From an uncultured Gemmatimonadales bacterium (GTDB lineage: Bacteria > Gemmatimonadota > Gemmatimonadetes > Gemmatimonadales > Gemmatimonadaceae): DNA of 64,000 nt. Positions within the stretch are counted from its first letter, which is position 1. Each line of letters starts with the position of its first letter. The stretch covers positions 1,248,001-1,312,000 of the forward strand of contig CAWBZV010000003.1 of the NCBI GenBank assembly GCA_963793305.1. The letters are read 5' to 3'. Below the pieces are notes generated by a model. It saw only the letters and a list, made by a program, of their open reading frames with translations. It was not told where the DNA came from and made no database searches. Both the position numbers and the translations under genes were made by a program. This document shows, in pieces, positions 1 to 10,180 of the stretch.

Positions 1-2
1 GT

Positions 3-1160
3 CGTCAGATCGACTTGCACGTCGTCGTGCTGCACGCGCTCGGCCGTCCGGTCGCACCGGATCCGATCGTCGTGTTTACCGGAGGTCCCGGTCTCTCCAC
101 GACCGAAGACACGCGCTATTGGGCCCGAGTGACCGCGCGTCTGCGTCCGCACCACGACGTGATCCTGGTCGACCAACGCGGGACGGGCGGGTCGGCTCCC
201 CTATCATGCAACCTCTTCGAGACCGGCCGGCTGCAGCCGTACTTCGATCCCGTGTACCCGGTCGACCGCGTGCGCGATTGTCGCCGGAAGTTGGAGACTC
301 GGGCCGACCTGACCCAATACGCGACGGACGAGGGCGTCGACGACATGGCCCTGATGCTCGACTCGCTCGGGGTTCAGCGCGCCGATCTCTTCGGCATCTC
401 GTACGGCAGTCACGCGGCGCTCGCTTTCCTGCGGCGCCATCCGGACCGCGTGCGCACGGTCGTGATCTCGGCCATCTGGCCACCGGAACGCACGCCCTTC
501 GTCTCACCCGAGGTCATCGCGCGGGCGCTCGCCGCCTCCGACTCGGGACACGTGATCGACAGCGCAATGGAGCAACTGCGGCGCGCGCCAGTCGCTGTCA
601 CGCTGTGGAACTGGCCGCATCTCCGGCGCGAGACGGTCACGATCACCGCGGCCGGGTTCGCGGAGCGCGTTTTTACTATCCTCTATACGCCGAGCCGGAT
701 GCGACGCGTGATCCCGCTCGTCAGGCAGGGCCTCGCGGGCGACTGGACGCCGTTCGCGAAGGCCGCGCTCGTGGACAGCAGATCACGGAGAGCGGGGCGC
801 TACTGGGGCATGGCCTTCTCCGTCTTCTGTACCGAGTTGGCTCCACGCATCGCTCGCGTCGACACCGTCCGCCTCGCCTCCGCGAGTCCCATTGGTCTGC
901 CTGTGATCAGCGGGCTCCTGGCCGCGTGCGCCGAGTGGCCGCACGGCGTGCTGGTGCCAGAGGACACGATGCCAGTCTCGTCGGCCGCGCCTGTCCTGCT
1001 GCTGGAAGACGGTCTCGATCCCGCGACTCCTCCGGAGTGGGCCGAGTCGGCCGCGGCCCACTTGCCCAACAGCCAACGTGATCTCAACCCGACCGGCGGG
1101 CACGCTTTTATGACCGATGAGCGTATGGCCCGTGTCGCGTCTTTTATCGACGCTCAATAG
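3..1160 (+). CDS. Alpha/beta hydrolase, TAP/proline iminopeptidase-like (5' end outside window)
   Basis: GGPG, DQRGTG, GISYG nucleophile elbow, DPATP, GGH; frame is open back to the window edge. Confidence 0.85.
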   Translation, partial: RQIDLHVVVLHALGRPVAPDPIVVFTGGPGLSTTEDTRYWARVTARLRPHHDVILVDQRGTGGSAPLSCNLFETGRLQPYFDPVYPVDRVRDCRRKLETRADLTQYATDEGVDDMALMLDSLGVQRADLFGISYGSHAALAFLRRHPDRVRTVVISAIWPPERTPFVSPEVIARALAASDSGHVIDSAMEQLRRAPVAVTLWNWPHLRRETVTITAAGFAERVFTILYTPSRMRRVIPLVRQGLAGDWTPFAKAALVDSRSRRAGRYWGMAFSVFCTELAPRIARVDTVRLASASPIGLPVISGLLAACAEWPHGVLVPEDTMPVSSAAPVLLLEDGLDPATPPEWAESAAAHLPNSQRDLNPTGGHAFMTDERMARVASFIDAQ

Positions 1161-1168
1161 TTTGTATC

Positions 1169-1447
1169 ATGCCCTTGCCCAGGCACATGCTGGAGTCGAT
1201 GGCAGAGCGGCGCAGGGAAGAGGCAGTCCAGGCCAATCGCGATAAGCTGCGGGACTATGTCCTCACGGCCTTGGGGTGCTTCGCATGGTGCGCGGTCGGG
1301 ACATTCTTGATCGCGTGGTCCGCGCGCACGACCGACGAAGCGCTCGGGCGCATGGCGTTCTGGGGTGGGCTCGGGGTCGGGAATACAGGCATCATCTACA
1401 CGCTCCTCGCCGCCTATCGGCGCGGCGAGAAGCGTGGAGACTGGTGA
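1169..1447 (+). CDS. Small two-TM membrane protein, unknown function
   Basis: 92 aa with two hydrophobic segments; TAGTTT -10-like box 5 nt before ATG. Confidence 0.7.
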   Translation: MPLPRHMLESMAERRREEAVQANRDKLRDYVLTALGCFAWCAVGTFLIAWSARTTDEALGRMAFWGGLGVGNTGIIYTLLAAYRRGEKRGDW

Positions 1448-1456
1448 ACGGGACGG

Positions 1457-2389
1457 CTAGACGGTCAGGACCGCTTTGCCGTCGATCTTCCCGGCTTTGC
1501 TCTCTTCGAGCACATGCTCGGCCTGCGTGAACGGCACCTCGGTGCCGAGCCTCACCCGCACCAGATCCGACGCGACGAGCTCGGCCAGCTGATTGAGCCC
1601 GTCGGTCGAATAGAACGGCGACTGCGAAAACGAGAGATTCGTCGCATGCTGCTGCCGCGCCTGGAACCACTCGCGATCGGCAGCGCCGACAGTCGACACG
1701 ACGTGCCCTCCGCGCTTGAGCACCGCGGCCAGCTTCTGCAGGGTGGCTCGATCGCTGACGAGATCGATGATCGCATCGACGCCATGCGGATGCGAGTGCT
1801 CCAACTCGGCCAGGACATTGCCGCGATCATACGCATGCACTTCCGTGGCGCCGAACGACCGCGCCAGGTCTTCCTTCCCCGAGTGAGCGGTCGCGATCAC
1901 GGTCGCCCCGTGCGCCCGCGCGATCTGCGCGGCGAACCCGCCGACGCCACCGGTGGCGCCGAGGATGAGTACCGTCTGGCCGGGTCGGAGCCCCGCTTCC
2001 TCGACGGCGGCGAGCGCCGTGAGACCGGCCGTCGGCAACGCTGCCGCCTGTGCGTCGTCGAGTCCCTCCGGGATCTTGGCGATTGGCCCCGGCACCTTGG
2101 CCGCCAGGAACTCGGCGTAGGCCCCTCGGGGCGCGACGCCAAACACGCGATCACCCTGGGCGAAATCGCGGATCTCGTCTCCGACGACCTGAACCGTGCC
2201 GGCGTAGTCCTGCCCAAGGATCATGGGGAATCCGGTCTGACCATACGCGCCGTCTCGTCGCTTCCAGTCGATGGGATTGACGCTCGCGGCATGCACGCGG
2301 ACCAGCACCTCATCGGGCTGGATGATCGGCACTTCGACATCGTGGATGACGGCCGGCGCCCCAGGCCTATCGGCAATGATGGCTCGCAT
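1457..2389 (-). CDS. NADP-dependent oxidoreductase (MDR/quinone oxidoreductase family)
   Basis: VHAASVNPIDWK, GQDYAG, GATGGVG motifs; start re-placed at MRAIIADRPG. Confidence 0.9.
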   Translation of the reverse strand: MRAIIADRPGAPAVIHDVEVPIIQPDEVLVRVHAASVNPIDWKRRDGAYGQTGFPMILGQDYAGTVQVVGDEIRDFAQGDRVFGVAPRGAYAEFLAAKVPGPIAKIPEGLDDAQAAALPTAGLTALAAVEEAGLRPGQTVLILGATGGVGGFAAQIARAHGATVIATAHSGKEDLARSFGATEVHAYDRGNVLAELEHSHPHGVDAIIDLVSDRATLQKLAAVLKRGGHVVSTVGAADREWFQARQQHATNLSFSQSPFYSTDGLNQLAELVASDLVRVRLGTEVPFTQAEHVLEESKAGKIDGKAVLTV

Positions 2390-2394
2390 GGTAC

Positions 2395-3552
2395 TCAGGT
2401 CGCCGCAAGACCGGTGCCGCAGAAGGCTCGGGCGGTATCGGCTAGAATGGCCGCGACCTTTGTGACCGAGTCGAGATCCACCCATTCCTCGGCCGCATGC
2501 GCCCCGGCGCCGATCGCGCCAATGACGGCAGTATCAATTCCGGCGCCGGCGATCAGGGCGGCATCCATCCAGTAGCCCGCGCCAGTCGTTGGCGGGGTCG
2601 CGCCAAGATGCCGCGTAGCCGCGCCCATGAGGGTCCGCACAATCGGCGCGTCAGGTCTCGCCTCGAACCCGTGGCGGGTCAGGAGCGGTCGCACGCGCGC
2701 CCGAAATGTCGCGTCGCGCTTCGTCTGCGCATCGATAATCGCCTGGATCTCGCCGAGGACGGCAGCCTCGGTCTCGTTCGGCAACATCCGTCGCTCGATC
2801 TCGAGCCGGCAGCTTGCCGCATAGGTACTCGTACCCGTCCCGCCATGCATCACGGCCGCGTGCATCGACGGGGGGCCGACGAGCGCGTGAGGCGGCCGCG
2901 TACGCAATGCCTTCTCCAGATCATCGAGCCCCACGAGCACGCGTCCCATGCGCATATTCGCATCGATTCCCAGATCGAACCGGCTCCCATGCGCGGCGCG
3001 GCCTTCGGTCTCGACCTCGATCCAACAGAAGCCCTTGCACGCCAAGGTGACGGCGAGCTCGGTCGGCTCGGTGACGATCGCGGCGTCGGTCCTATGATGT
3101 TTGAGCACCTCCGACATGCCGATGCTCGCGACTTCTTCGTCGGCGACTGCGGCAATGAGCACATCCCCCCCTAGGGGTTCGGCGCCGAGCGCTTTGACCG
3201 CGGCCATGCACGCGGCGATCCCGCCTTTCATGTCGTAGGCACCACGGCCATACATGCGGTTGCCTCGGACCTCGGCGCTGAACGGATCCGTCATCTCATC
3301 GACGGCCACCGTGTCGATATGTCCATTCAGCATCAGCGACCGGCCACTCCCGCTGCCCCTCCGTCTTCCCACGACGCTGACGCGACCTGGCTCGGGCTCG
3401 TATCTGTTCACCTCCATGCCGAGGTCGGAGAACGCGTCGGCCAAATAACCGCCAATCTCGCGCTCATTTGTCGTACCGTCGGAGAACGCGGGATTGACCG
3501 AGTTGATCCGCACGAGGTCAGCGAGTGTGCGGGTGACGTAATTGTTATCCAT
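2395..3552 (-). CDS. ArgE/DapE-family M20 deacylase
   Basis: LNGHIDTV, GRGAYDMKGG, DEE, EPT, GAH-EE motifs. Confidence 0.9.
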   Translation of the reverse strand: MDNNYVTRTLADLVRINSVNPAFSDGTTNEREIGGYLADAFSDLGMEVNRYEPEPGRVSVVGRRRGSGSGRSLMLNGHIDTVAVDEMTDPFSAEVRGNRMYGRGAYDMKGGIAACMAAVKALGAEPLGGDVLIAAVADEEVASIGMSEVLKHHRTDAAIVTEPTELAVTLACKGFCWIEVETEGRAAHGSRFDLGIDANMRMGRVLVGLDDLEKALRTRPPHALVGPPSMHAAVMHGGTGTSTYAASCRLEIERRMLPNETEAAVLGEIQAIIDAQTKRDATFRARVRPLLTRHGFEARPDAPIVRTLMGAATRHLGATPPTTGAGYWMDAALIAGAGIDTAVIGAIGAGAHAAEEWVDLDSVTKVAAILADTARAFCGTGLAAT

Positions 3553-3862
3553 TGAGACTCAGGAGCAGAACGCCGAGTACGAACGCGCTGACCGTCGTAT
3601 AGAGCCAATCGCGTTCGCGCAGAAACACGATGATGAGGATGGCTACCCTCACGATGGGCGTCGCTATCAGTATTGCCACCCCGAGCGACAGGAGCCCGAA
3701 CCCGGTGAGCGCGGGCGCGACGCGCGCCGCGTGAAACGTCGCGTACGCCGCGACGCCGCCCGCATGCCCCGAGAAATACACGATCGCGCCCACGAGGCTG
3801 CATAGGGCGGCCAGGGCGACGCCAACGCGAAGCGTGGCGGAGACAAGTATTTCGTCGCGCAT
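3545..3862 (-). CDS. DUF1634-like membrane protein
   Basis: Three TM segments with LIATPIVRV motif; coupled to TauE gene. Confidence 0.8.
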   Translation of the reverse strand: MRDEILVSATLRVGVALAALCSLVGAIVYFSGHAGGVAAYATFHAARVAPALTGFGLLSLGVAILIATPIVRVAILIIVFLRERDWLYTTVSAFVLGVLLLSLNG

Positions 3863-4680
3863 TAGAGCGCCCCTCGCACGCCTTGTACGATCATCTCGAC
3901 GGCGGTGAGCCCGAGCACAACGGCGAAGACGATGCGCAAGACTTTCACGCGAGCCGAGACCAACACGCGTGCCCCGACGAGGGCGCCGAGCAGCACGCCG
4001 AGCATAACGGGGCAGGCGAGCACGGGATCGACGTACCCGTTCCGCAAGTAGATCCCCGCACTGGCAGCCGCGGTCACGCCGATCATGAAGTTGCTCGTCG
4101 TCGTCGAGACCTTGAACGGCAGCCGCATGACCCGGTCCATGGCCAACACCTTGAGTGCTCCAGACCCAATGCCGAGTAGCCCCGAAACGGCACCAGCAAC
4201 AGCCATGAGCGACAGCCCGGCCGGCACGTGATGTGCCGAATATGGCACGGGCCCCTGGGGCGTCGGCTCGACGCCATTGAGCCGGAGCTTCTCACCGAGC
4301 GGATCGGGCGTCGTGCTCGGCGCCACGCGCGGCTCGGGTCGCGCCGATTGGACGGTGGCGTACAGGAGCACGACGCCGAAGACGATCGCGATCGTCCCGG
4401 TGGACACGCGACTGGCGAGCGTCGCCCCGCCAATCGCGCCCAAGGTCGTGGCGACTTCCATGAGAATGCCGATGCGCACGTTCGCGAATCCGTCCTTCAC
4501 GTAACTCGACGCCGCACCCGACAATGTCGCGATGACGGAGATGAGCGACGCGCCGACCGCATAGCGAAGATTCACGCCGAACACGAGCGTGAGCACCGGC
4601 ACGAGAATGACCCCGCCCCCCAGTCCCGTGAGCGCGCCGATCATCCCCGCGACGACGGACGCACACGCGACGAGGATCAT
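3862..4680 (-). CDS. TauE/SafE (TSUP) family sulfite exporter
   Basis: GALTGLGGG, SGLLGIGSG, KVSTTTSNFMIGVTA motifs. Confidence 0.9.
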   Translation of the reverse strand: MILVACASVVAGMIGALTGLGGGVILVPVLTLVFGVNLRYAVGASLISVIATLSGAASSYVKDGFANVRIGILMEVATTLGAIGGATLASRVSTGTIAIVFGVVLLYATVQSARPEPRVAPSTTPDPLGEKLRLNGVEPTPQGPVPYSAHHVPAGLSLMAVAGAVSGLLGIGSGALKVLAMDRVMRLPFKVSTTTSNFMIGVTAAASAGIYLRNGYVDPVLACPVMLGVLLGALVGARVLVSARVKVLRIVFAVVLGLTAVEMIVQGVRGAL

Positions 4681-4952
4681 TTTGCGATGATGCCTTTCTC
4701 GTCGGGGTGTCGGTCGAACCACGCCTTCACGAACCGGCAGGTCGGGATCACGCGAAGTTTCTGCGCCTTCGCGTAGGTCACCGCCGCCTGCGCCAATTCC
4801 GCCGCGGCACCGTGGCCTCGCTCGCTCTCCGGCACCTCCGTATGGCGGAGGTTGATCGTGTTCGCATCCGGTCGCTCATACTGCAGCTTGGCGTCTCCTG
4901 CCGGGAGATGCAGAACAAATTGGTGGTTCGCTTCATCGTGCTCGACAGCCAT
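4677..4952 (-). CDS. Small GNAT-like acetyltransferase (YjdJ type)
   Basis: HTEVP..RGHG.A and VIPTC.FV motifs. Confidence 0.85.
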   Translation of the reverse strand: MAVEHDEANHQFVLHLPAGDAKLQYERPDANTINLRHTEVPESERGHGAAAELAQAAVTYAKAQKLRVIPTCRFVKAWFDRHPDEKGIIAK

Positions 4953-5512
4953 TAGCCTCGACCTCCGCCTTTTTGAATACGCGATGGCGAGCACGCGTTC
5001 GCCGGCGTAGGCTCGGCCGGTAGCTCCGGGATCACGCCAAAGGCCGTCGGCGGCGCGTCCGGGACACCGGCGAGCCAGACGCGATCTCCGACATGCCGTT
5101 GCAATTCGGCCGGCGGCTGCGACACGCCGGTCGCGACGCCCGCCGAGCTCACGATCGTGAACAGATTCCCGGTCCTCGCGAGGCGGCCGTCGCGGGCGGG
5201 CTGACCGCTATCGGCAACGACGCCGAAGTCGCGCACACCGGTCAGCGTTCGGCCTTGCGGCCCACGCCGTATGGTGCCCGCCGCGAAGATCTCGAGCGAC
5301 TCGAGCGACCGAAGAGGGACGACGGCCGGACCCTGTAACAATATGAGCTCGGCGCCGCCGGTCACCCGCAGTAGCACCACGCCGGGGTTAGCTCCGGCGA
5401 CAACGACGAGGCCTCGCACCGTATCCGGCGCCGTCCCTCTCGCGCTCGGCCCGCCGCTCGTGGGACAGTGGCACGCCGTGACGATGCCGAGACACAGCAC
5501 GAGAGATCTCAT
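4952..5512 (-). CDS. Hypothetical lipoprotein
   Basis: Lipobox-like IVTAC; TACTTT -10 box 6 nt before ATG. Confidence 0.6.
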   Translation of the reverse strand: MRSLVLCLGIVTACHCPTSGGPSARGTAPDTVRGLVVVAGANPGVVLLRVTGGAELILLQGPAVVPLRSLESLEIFAAGTIRRGPQGRTLTGVRDFGVVADSGQPARDGRLARTGNLFTIVSSAGVATGVSQPPAELQRHVGDRVWLAGVPDAPPTAFGVIPELPAEPTPANACSPSRIQKGGGRG

Positions 5513-5538
5513 AGGGACAAAGTATATGGTTCCCGTCG

Positions 5539-5568
5539 TTGACAAGGGATACCCGGATAGGATATTCT
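5539..5568 (+). promoter_or_regulatory. Sigma70 promoter with CsoR/RcnR-like operator in the spacer
   Basis: TTGACA 5539-5544, N18, TATTCT 5563-5568; imperfect palindrome ATACCCGGATAGGATAT 5549-5565. Confidence 0.7.
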
Positions 5569-5577
5569 AGCCGGGCC

Positions 5578-6927
5578 ATGCGAACCCTTCTCGTGGTGCT
5601 CCTGTCGGCGAGTATCGCTCGCGCACAGACGGATTCCGGAGAGACGAAGCGCGGGTTGTATGACCGCTATCCGTGGTTCCCTCAGTTGCTGGGCGCCCAG
5701 TTCACATACATCTGGCAGGACCTCCCGCCGTTTCATGCCTCGTACAGCGGTCGGCTGAGTCTCGAGAACACGGGCGATAACGAGGGGACGCACACGTATG
5801 GCCTCTACTTCGCCTCGCGCCTGACGTCGTGGGTCCAGCTCTATACGGACTTCGAGATGGCCCGCGGATCGGGCGTGAGTCACGCGTATGGCCTGGCCGG
5901 TCTGACGGACGGCGATGTCATTCGCCAAGGGTCCGTGGATCTCGGTCAGGGCCCGTACCTGGCGCGGGTCTATGCGCGGTTCATGATCCCGCTCGGCAAG
6001 GAGCGCGACACGGCCGATCGCGGCCAAGACCAACTACCCGGCCCGGAGCCCAGCCGGCGCCTCGAGATCAAGGCGGGCAAGTTCGCGCTGAACGATGACT
6101 TCGATGTGAACCGCTACGCCGGCACCACGCGCTACCAGTTCATGGATTGGTCGCTGTGGAACAACACCGCGTGGGACTTCGCGGCCGACACGCGGGGATA
6201 TACGAACGGGTTCATGGTGGGGTACGTCAGTCCGCGCTGGATGCTGAAAGTGTCCGCCGCGCAGGTGTCGACGTTCTCGAACGGCAACATCTTCGACGGG
6301 GACATCCCGCACGCCTACGCGCTCAACGCCGAGCTGACCTGGCACCCGGACACGACCGGGACAGTCCTGCGCTTCCTGGCCTACGAGAACCATGCGCGCA
6401 TGGGGATCTATCGCGACGCGATCAACATCGCCAAGGCGAGGGATACCACGCCGTGCATTGTGTGCGACGACGCGAGAGGCCGCATCAAGTACGGGTTCGG
6501 ACTCAACATGGAGCAGCCGCTCGCCGACTCGGGCAACACCGGGGTCTTCCTCCGAGCGGGGTGGAGCGACGGCAAGACCGAGGACTTCGAGTTCACCGAA
6601 GTCGATCGCGTCGTGAGCGGTGGTCTGCAGCTGGCCGGCAACCTGTGGCATTGGTCGGTCGACCGGTTCGGCATCGCCGGCGTTCTCGAAGGCCTATCCA
6701 AGGACCACGAGAACTACCTCGCGGCCGGCGGCTGTGGCTTCCTGCTGTGCGACGGCAAGCTCCGGTATGGGACCGAGAACATTGTCGAGGCCTATTACCG
6801 GTTCCAGCCGCCGTATCTCGACTTCGTCCAGATCACGCCCGCCATCGAACACGTCGACCATCCGGCCTACAACGAAGACCGCGGGCCGCTCTACGTGTAC
6901 ACGATCCGCGTCAATCTGCATTACTGA
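5578..6927 (+). CDS. OprB-like carbohydrate/metal porin (MnoP-like)
   Basis: Signal peptide; WDFAADTRGYT, KYGFGLNMEQ, FTEVDR, EAYY, P.YN.DRGP motifs; C-terminal aromatic residue. Confidence 0.85.
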   Translation: MRTLLVVLLSASIARAQTDSGETKRGLYDRYPWFPQLLGAQFTYIWQDLPPFHASYSGRLSLENTGDNEGTHTYGLYFASRLTSWVQLYTDFEMARGSGVSHAYGLAGLTDGDVIRQGSVDLGQGPYLARVYARFMIPLGKERDTADRGQDQLPGPEPSRRLEIKAGKFALNDDFDVNRYAGTTRYQFMDWSLWNNTAWDFAADTRGYTNGFMVGYVSPRWMLKVSAAQVSTFSNGNIFDGDIPHAYALNAELTWHPDTTGTVLRFLAYENHARMGIYRDAINIAKARDTTPCIVCDDARGRIKYGFGLNMEQPLADSGNTGVFLRAGWSDGKTEDFEFTEVDRVVSGGLQLAGNLWHWSVDRFGIAGVLEGLSKDHENYLAAGGCGFLLCDGKLRYGTENIVEAYYRFQPPYLDFVQITPAIEHVDHPAYNEDRGPLYVYTIRVNLHY

Positions 6928-7552
6928 GCGCCGTCCGCACCTCGTCGTCGCTCACCTGCGGGAATTCTTCGTACCACGACCCGACCGCGTCGAACGGGTC
7001 GGCGGCCAACGGGCAGATCACCTCGTCGGCCGCCTCGTGCAGGAGCGCCAGGGCATTGGGTGCGCCGACCGGGACGGCGACGACGATCCGCCGCGGTTCC
7101 TGCTGACGGATCGCCGTCACCGCCGCATACATCGTCGATCCCGTCGCGACGCCATCGTCTACCAGGATGACCGTCCTGCCGCCAAGGTCGCTCTCCGGGG
7201 CGCCGCCGCGATAGGCATCAGCGCGCCGATCCAGCTCCTGCTGCTCCTCAGCGCTGATCCGCTCGACTTGCTCTTGGGTCAGCCCGACCGCCGCGATCAC
7301 ATTGCGATTGAGCACCCGAATGCCACCTTCGGCAATCGCCCCGAACGCGTATTCGGGCTGATGGGGCACGCCGAGCTTTCTGACCAGGAACACATCGAGC
7401 GGCAACTTCAGTTGCTCGGCGATCACCTCGGCCACCGGAACGCCGCCGCGTGGCAACGCGAGCACGATCCCATCCGGTCGGCCCGCGTACTCCGCCAATC
7501 GCGCGGCCAACACCGCTCCCGCTTCGCGCCGGTCATGCAGGCGCCACGTCAT
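6911..7552 (-). CDS. Phosphoribosyltransferase family protein
   Basis: LPRGGVPVA, VRKLG.P, VILVDDGVATG PRPP motif. Confidence 0.9.
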   Translation of the reverse strand: MTWRLHDRREAGAVLAARLAEYAGRPDGIVLALPRGGVPVAEVIAEQLKLPLDVFLVRKLGVPHQPEYAFGAIAEGGIRVLNRNVIAAVGLTQEQVERISAEEQQELDRRADAYRGGAPESDLGGRTVILVDDGVATGSTMYAAVTAIRQQEPRRIVVAVPVGAPNALALLHEAADEVICPLAADPFDAVGSWYEEFPQVSDDEVRTALSNAD

Positions 7553-7617
7553 AGCAGAATATATGGCACCCGATGTTCTAATCGCGAGATGCAAGCCCCG
7601 GTGTTATATAGTCGCCC

Positions 7618-10179
7618 ATGTCGCTGGCCACTCGCCCTCGGAGCATCCTGGTCGACTGCGCCGCCGCACGACAGCCCGATGTCGTGCGGCAGCTCGAGAC
7701 CAGCACGAGTGGCCTGACCAGCGAAGAGGCCGCGCGGCGGTTGGAGGCCGAGGGCCCGAACGAGATCGCGACGCACAAGGAGCCGAGTTGGCCGATTCGG
7801 CTCGCGCACACATTCCGCAACCCGCTCGTCGTATTGCTCGCCGTACTGGCGCTGACGTTAGCGCTCACGGGCGACTCGCGAGCCGCGGTCGTGATGGTCC
7901 TCATGATCTTCTTGGGCGTAGGACTGCGGTTTGCCCAAGAGACGAGGGCTGGAGCAGCAGCGGCCAAGCTCCGCGCGATGGTCCGCGTGACCAGCACGGT
8001 CATTCGCGATGGAATCCCGAGCGAGATCCCACTGCGCGAGGTCGTGCGCGGCGACCTGATCTCGCTCTGCGCCGGCGACATGATCCCGGCCGACGCCCGG
8101 ATCGTCTCGGCCAAGGATCTTTTTATCAACCAGGCGAGCCTCACGGGCGAATCCATGCCGGTCGAGAAGACCGACCAGGCAGTCTCGCCCGACGGCCATT
8201 CGCCACTCGATCTCCTGAATCTCTGCTTCCTCGGCACCAGCGTCCAAAGCGGCACGGCAACGGCGATCGCCGTCGCCACCGGCCCTTCGACCTACTTCGG
8301 CGGGATGGCGAAGAGCATTACCGCCGCGCCAATCCAGACCGCGTTCGACAAGGGGATCAATCGCTTCACCTGGCTCATGATCCGGTTCATGGCGGTGATG
8401 GTGCCGCTCGTGTTCTTGATCAATGGCCTCACCAAGCACGACTGGAAAGAGGCCTTTTTCTTTGCCCTCGCCGTCGCCGTCGGCCTGACCCCCGAGATGC
8501 TGCCGATGATCGTCTCGGTCTGCCTCTCGCGCGGCGCCGTCGCGATGTCGAAGGAGCGCGTGATCGTCAAACGGTTGAACGCGATCCAGAACTTCGGCGC
8601 CATGGATGTGCTGTGCACGGATAAGACCGGCACGCTCACCCAGGACGACGTCCTGCTGGAGATGCACTGCGACGTCACGGGCATCGAGAGCCACGACGTG
8701 CTCTTCGATGCGGCGCTCGTCAGTCATTTCCAGACTGGCCTCAAGAACGTCCTCGACCGTGCTATTCTGACTTTTGTCACAAAACTGGGGTCGATTTCGT
8801 TCGATTCGTACCGGAAAATCGACGAGGTTCCGTTCGACTTCACGCGCAAGATGATGTCGGTCGTCGTCGCGGGCCCCGACAACCGGAAGCGCCTCATCGC
8901 CAAGGGCGCACCCGAGGAAATTTTTCGCCGCTGCACCCAATTCTACGCCGCGGGCGAAGTGCTACCGATCGAGGTGGCGTTCCTGGACGAGCTCCAGGAG
9001 GAGTACGATCGGCTGAGCGCCGATGGCTTTCGTGTGCTGGCCGTGGCGTATCGTGATGTCCCCGAGCGTGGAGCGTACGGGAGAGACGACGAGTGTCAGC
9101 TGACGCTCGCCGGCTACGTGGCATTTCTGGATCCGCCGAAAGAGACCGCCGAACCCGCGCTCGAAGCACTGAAAAAACACGGCGTCGCGGTCAAAGTGCT
9201 GACGGGCGACAACGAGCTCGTGACGCGCAAAATCTGTCAGCACGTGGGCCTCACGACGGATACCGTCGTTCTCGGTCGCGATATCGAAACGATGTCGGAA
9301 GACCAACTGGCTGACGTGGCCGAAAAAACCACGATCTTCGCCCGCCTCTCGCCGTCACACAAGCAGCGCCTGATCCAAGCACTCCAAAAACGCAAACATG
9401 TCGTCGGATTTCTCGGCGACGGCATCAACGACGCGGCCGCCCTTCACGCCGCGGACGTGGGCATCTCGGTCGACACCGCGGTCGATGTCGCGAAGGAATC
9501 AGCCGATATCATCCTGTTGGAGAAAAGCCTGCTCGTGCTGGAGGCCGGGGTCCTGGAAGGACGGAAAGTGTTTTCGAACATCGTCAAATATGTTCGCATG
9601 GGCGCCAGCTCCAATTTCGGCAACATGTTCAGCGTCCTCGGCGCCAGCGCGCTGCTGCCATTCGTGCCGATGGCGCCGATTCAGGTGCTGACGAATAACC
9701 TCCTGTACGACTTCTCACAGGTCCCGATCCCAACGGACAACGTCGACGAGGAACAGATCGCCCGCCCGCGTCCGTGGGACATGGGAGAGATCAGTCGTTT
9801 TATTCTGTTCATCGGTCCGATCAGCTCGATCTTCGACTACACGACGTACGCCGTCATGTGGTTTATATTCCGGGCGCACGCCGCGCTCTTTCAGACGGGA
9901 TGGTTCGTCGAATCACTCATGACCCAAACGCTGATCATTCACGTGATTCGCACCAACCGGATCCCGTTCGTCCAGAGCCGTGCCAGTACGCCGCTGATCG
10001 CGACCACGATCGCGATCATGATCGTCGGCGTGTTGCTCCCGATCTCGCCGGTCGCGCCGTACCTCGGCTTTGTCCCGCTGCCGGGACTCTACTGGCCGAT
10101 CCTGGTGCTGACGCTCCTCTTCTACATGGCCCTCACGCAACTCGCGAAAGTCGCCCTTCGCCGCCGCGGATGGATCTAA
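7618..10179 (+). CDS. mgtA: Magnesium-translocating P-type ATPase
   Basis: TGES, TPEMLPM, DKTGT, GDGIND, ASSNFGNMFS, NLLYD, FQTGWFVESL. Confidence 0.95.
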   Translation: MSLATRPRSILVDCAAARQPDVVRQLETSTSGLTSEEAARRLEAEGPNEIATHKEPSWPIRLAHTFRNPLVVLLAVLALTLALTGDSRAAVVMVLMIFLGVGLRFAQETRAGAAAAKLRAMVRVTSTVIRDGIPSEIPLREVVRGDLISLCAGDMIPADARIVSAKDLFINQASLTGESMPVEKTDQAVSPDGHSPLDLLNLCFLGTSVQSGTATAIAVATGPSTYFGGMAKSITAAPIQTAFDKGINRFTWLMIRFMAVMVPLVFLINGLTKHDWKEAFFFALAVAVGLTPEMLPMIVSVCLSRGAVAMSKERVIVKRLNAIQNFGAMDVLCTDKTGTLTQDDVLLEMHCDVTGIESHDVLFDAALVSHFQTGLKNVLDRAILTFVTKLGSISFDSYRKIDEVPFDFTRKMMSVVVAGPDNRKRLIAKGAPEEIFRRCTQFYAAGEVLPIEVAFLDELQEEYDRLSADGFRVLAVAYRDVPERGAYGRDDECQLTLAGYVAFLDPPKETAEPALEALKKHGVAVKVLTGDNELVTRKICQHVGLTTDTVVLGRDIETMSEDQLADVAEKTTIFARLSPSHKQRLIQALQKRKHVVGFLGDGINDAAALHAADVGISVDTAVDVAKESADIILLEKSLLVLEAGVLEGRKVFSNIVKYVRMGASSNFGNMFSVLGASALLPFVPMAPIQVLTNNLLYDFSQVPIPTDNVDEEQIARPRPWDMGEISRFILFIGPISSIFDYTTYAVMWFIFRAHAALFQTGWFVESLMTQTLIIHVIRTNRIPFVQSRASTPLIATTIAIMIVGVLLPISPVAPYLGFVPLPGLYWPILVLTLLFYMALTQLAKVALRRRGWI

Positions 10180-10180
10180 A

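Noticed and set aside
7553..7617. Mg2+ riboswitch or mgtL leader upstream of mgtA
   Set aside because: Only 65 nt, shared with a divergent gene, and the -10 box abuts the ATG
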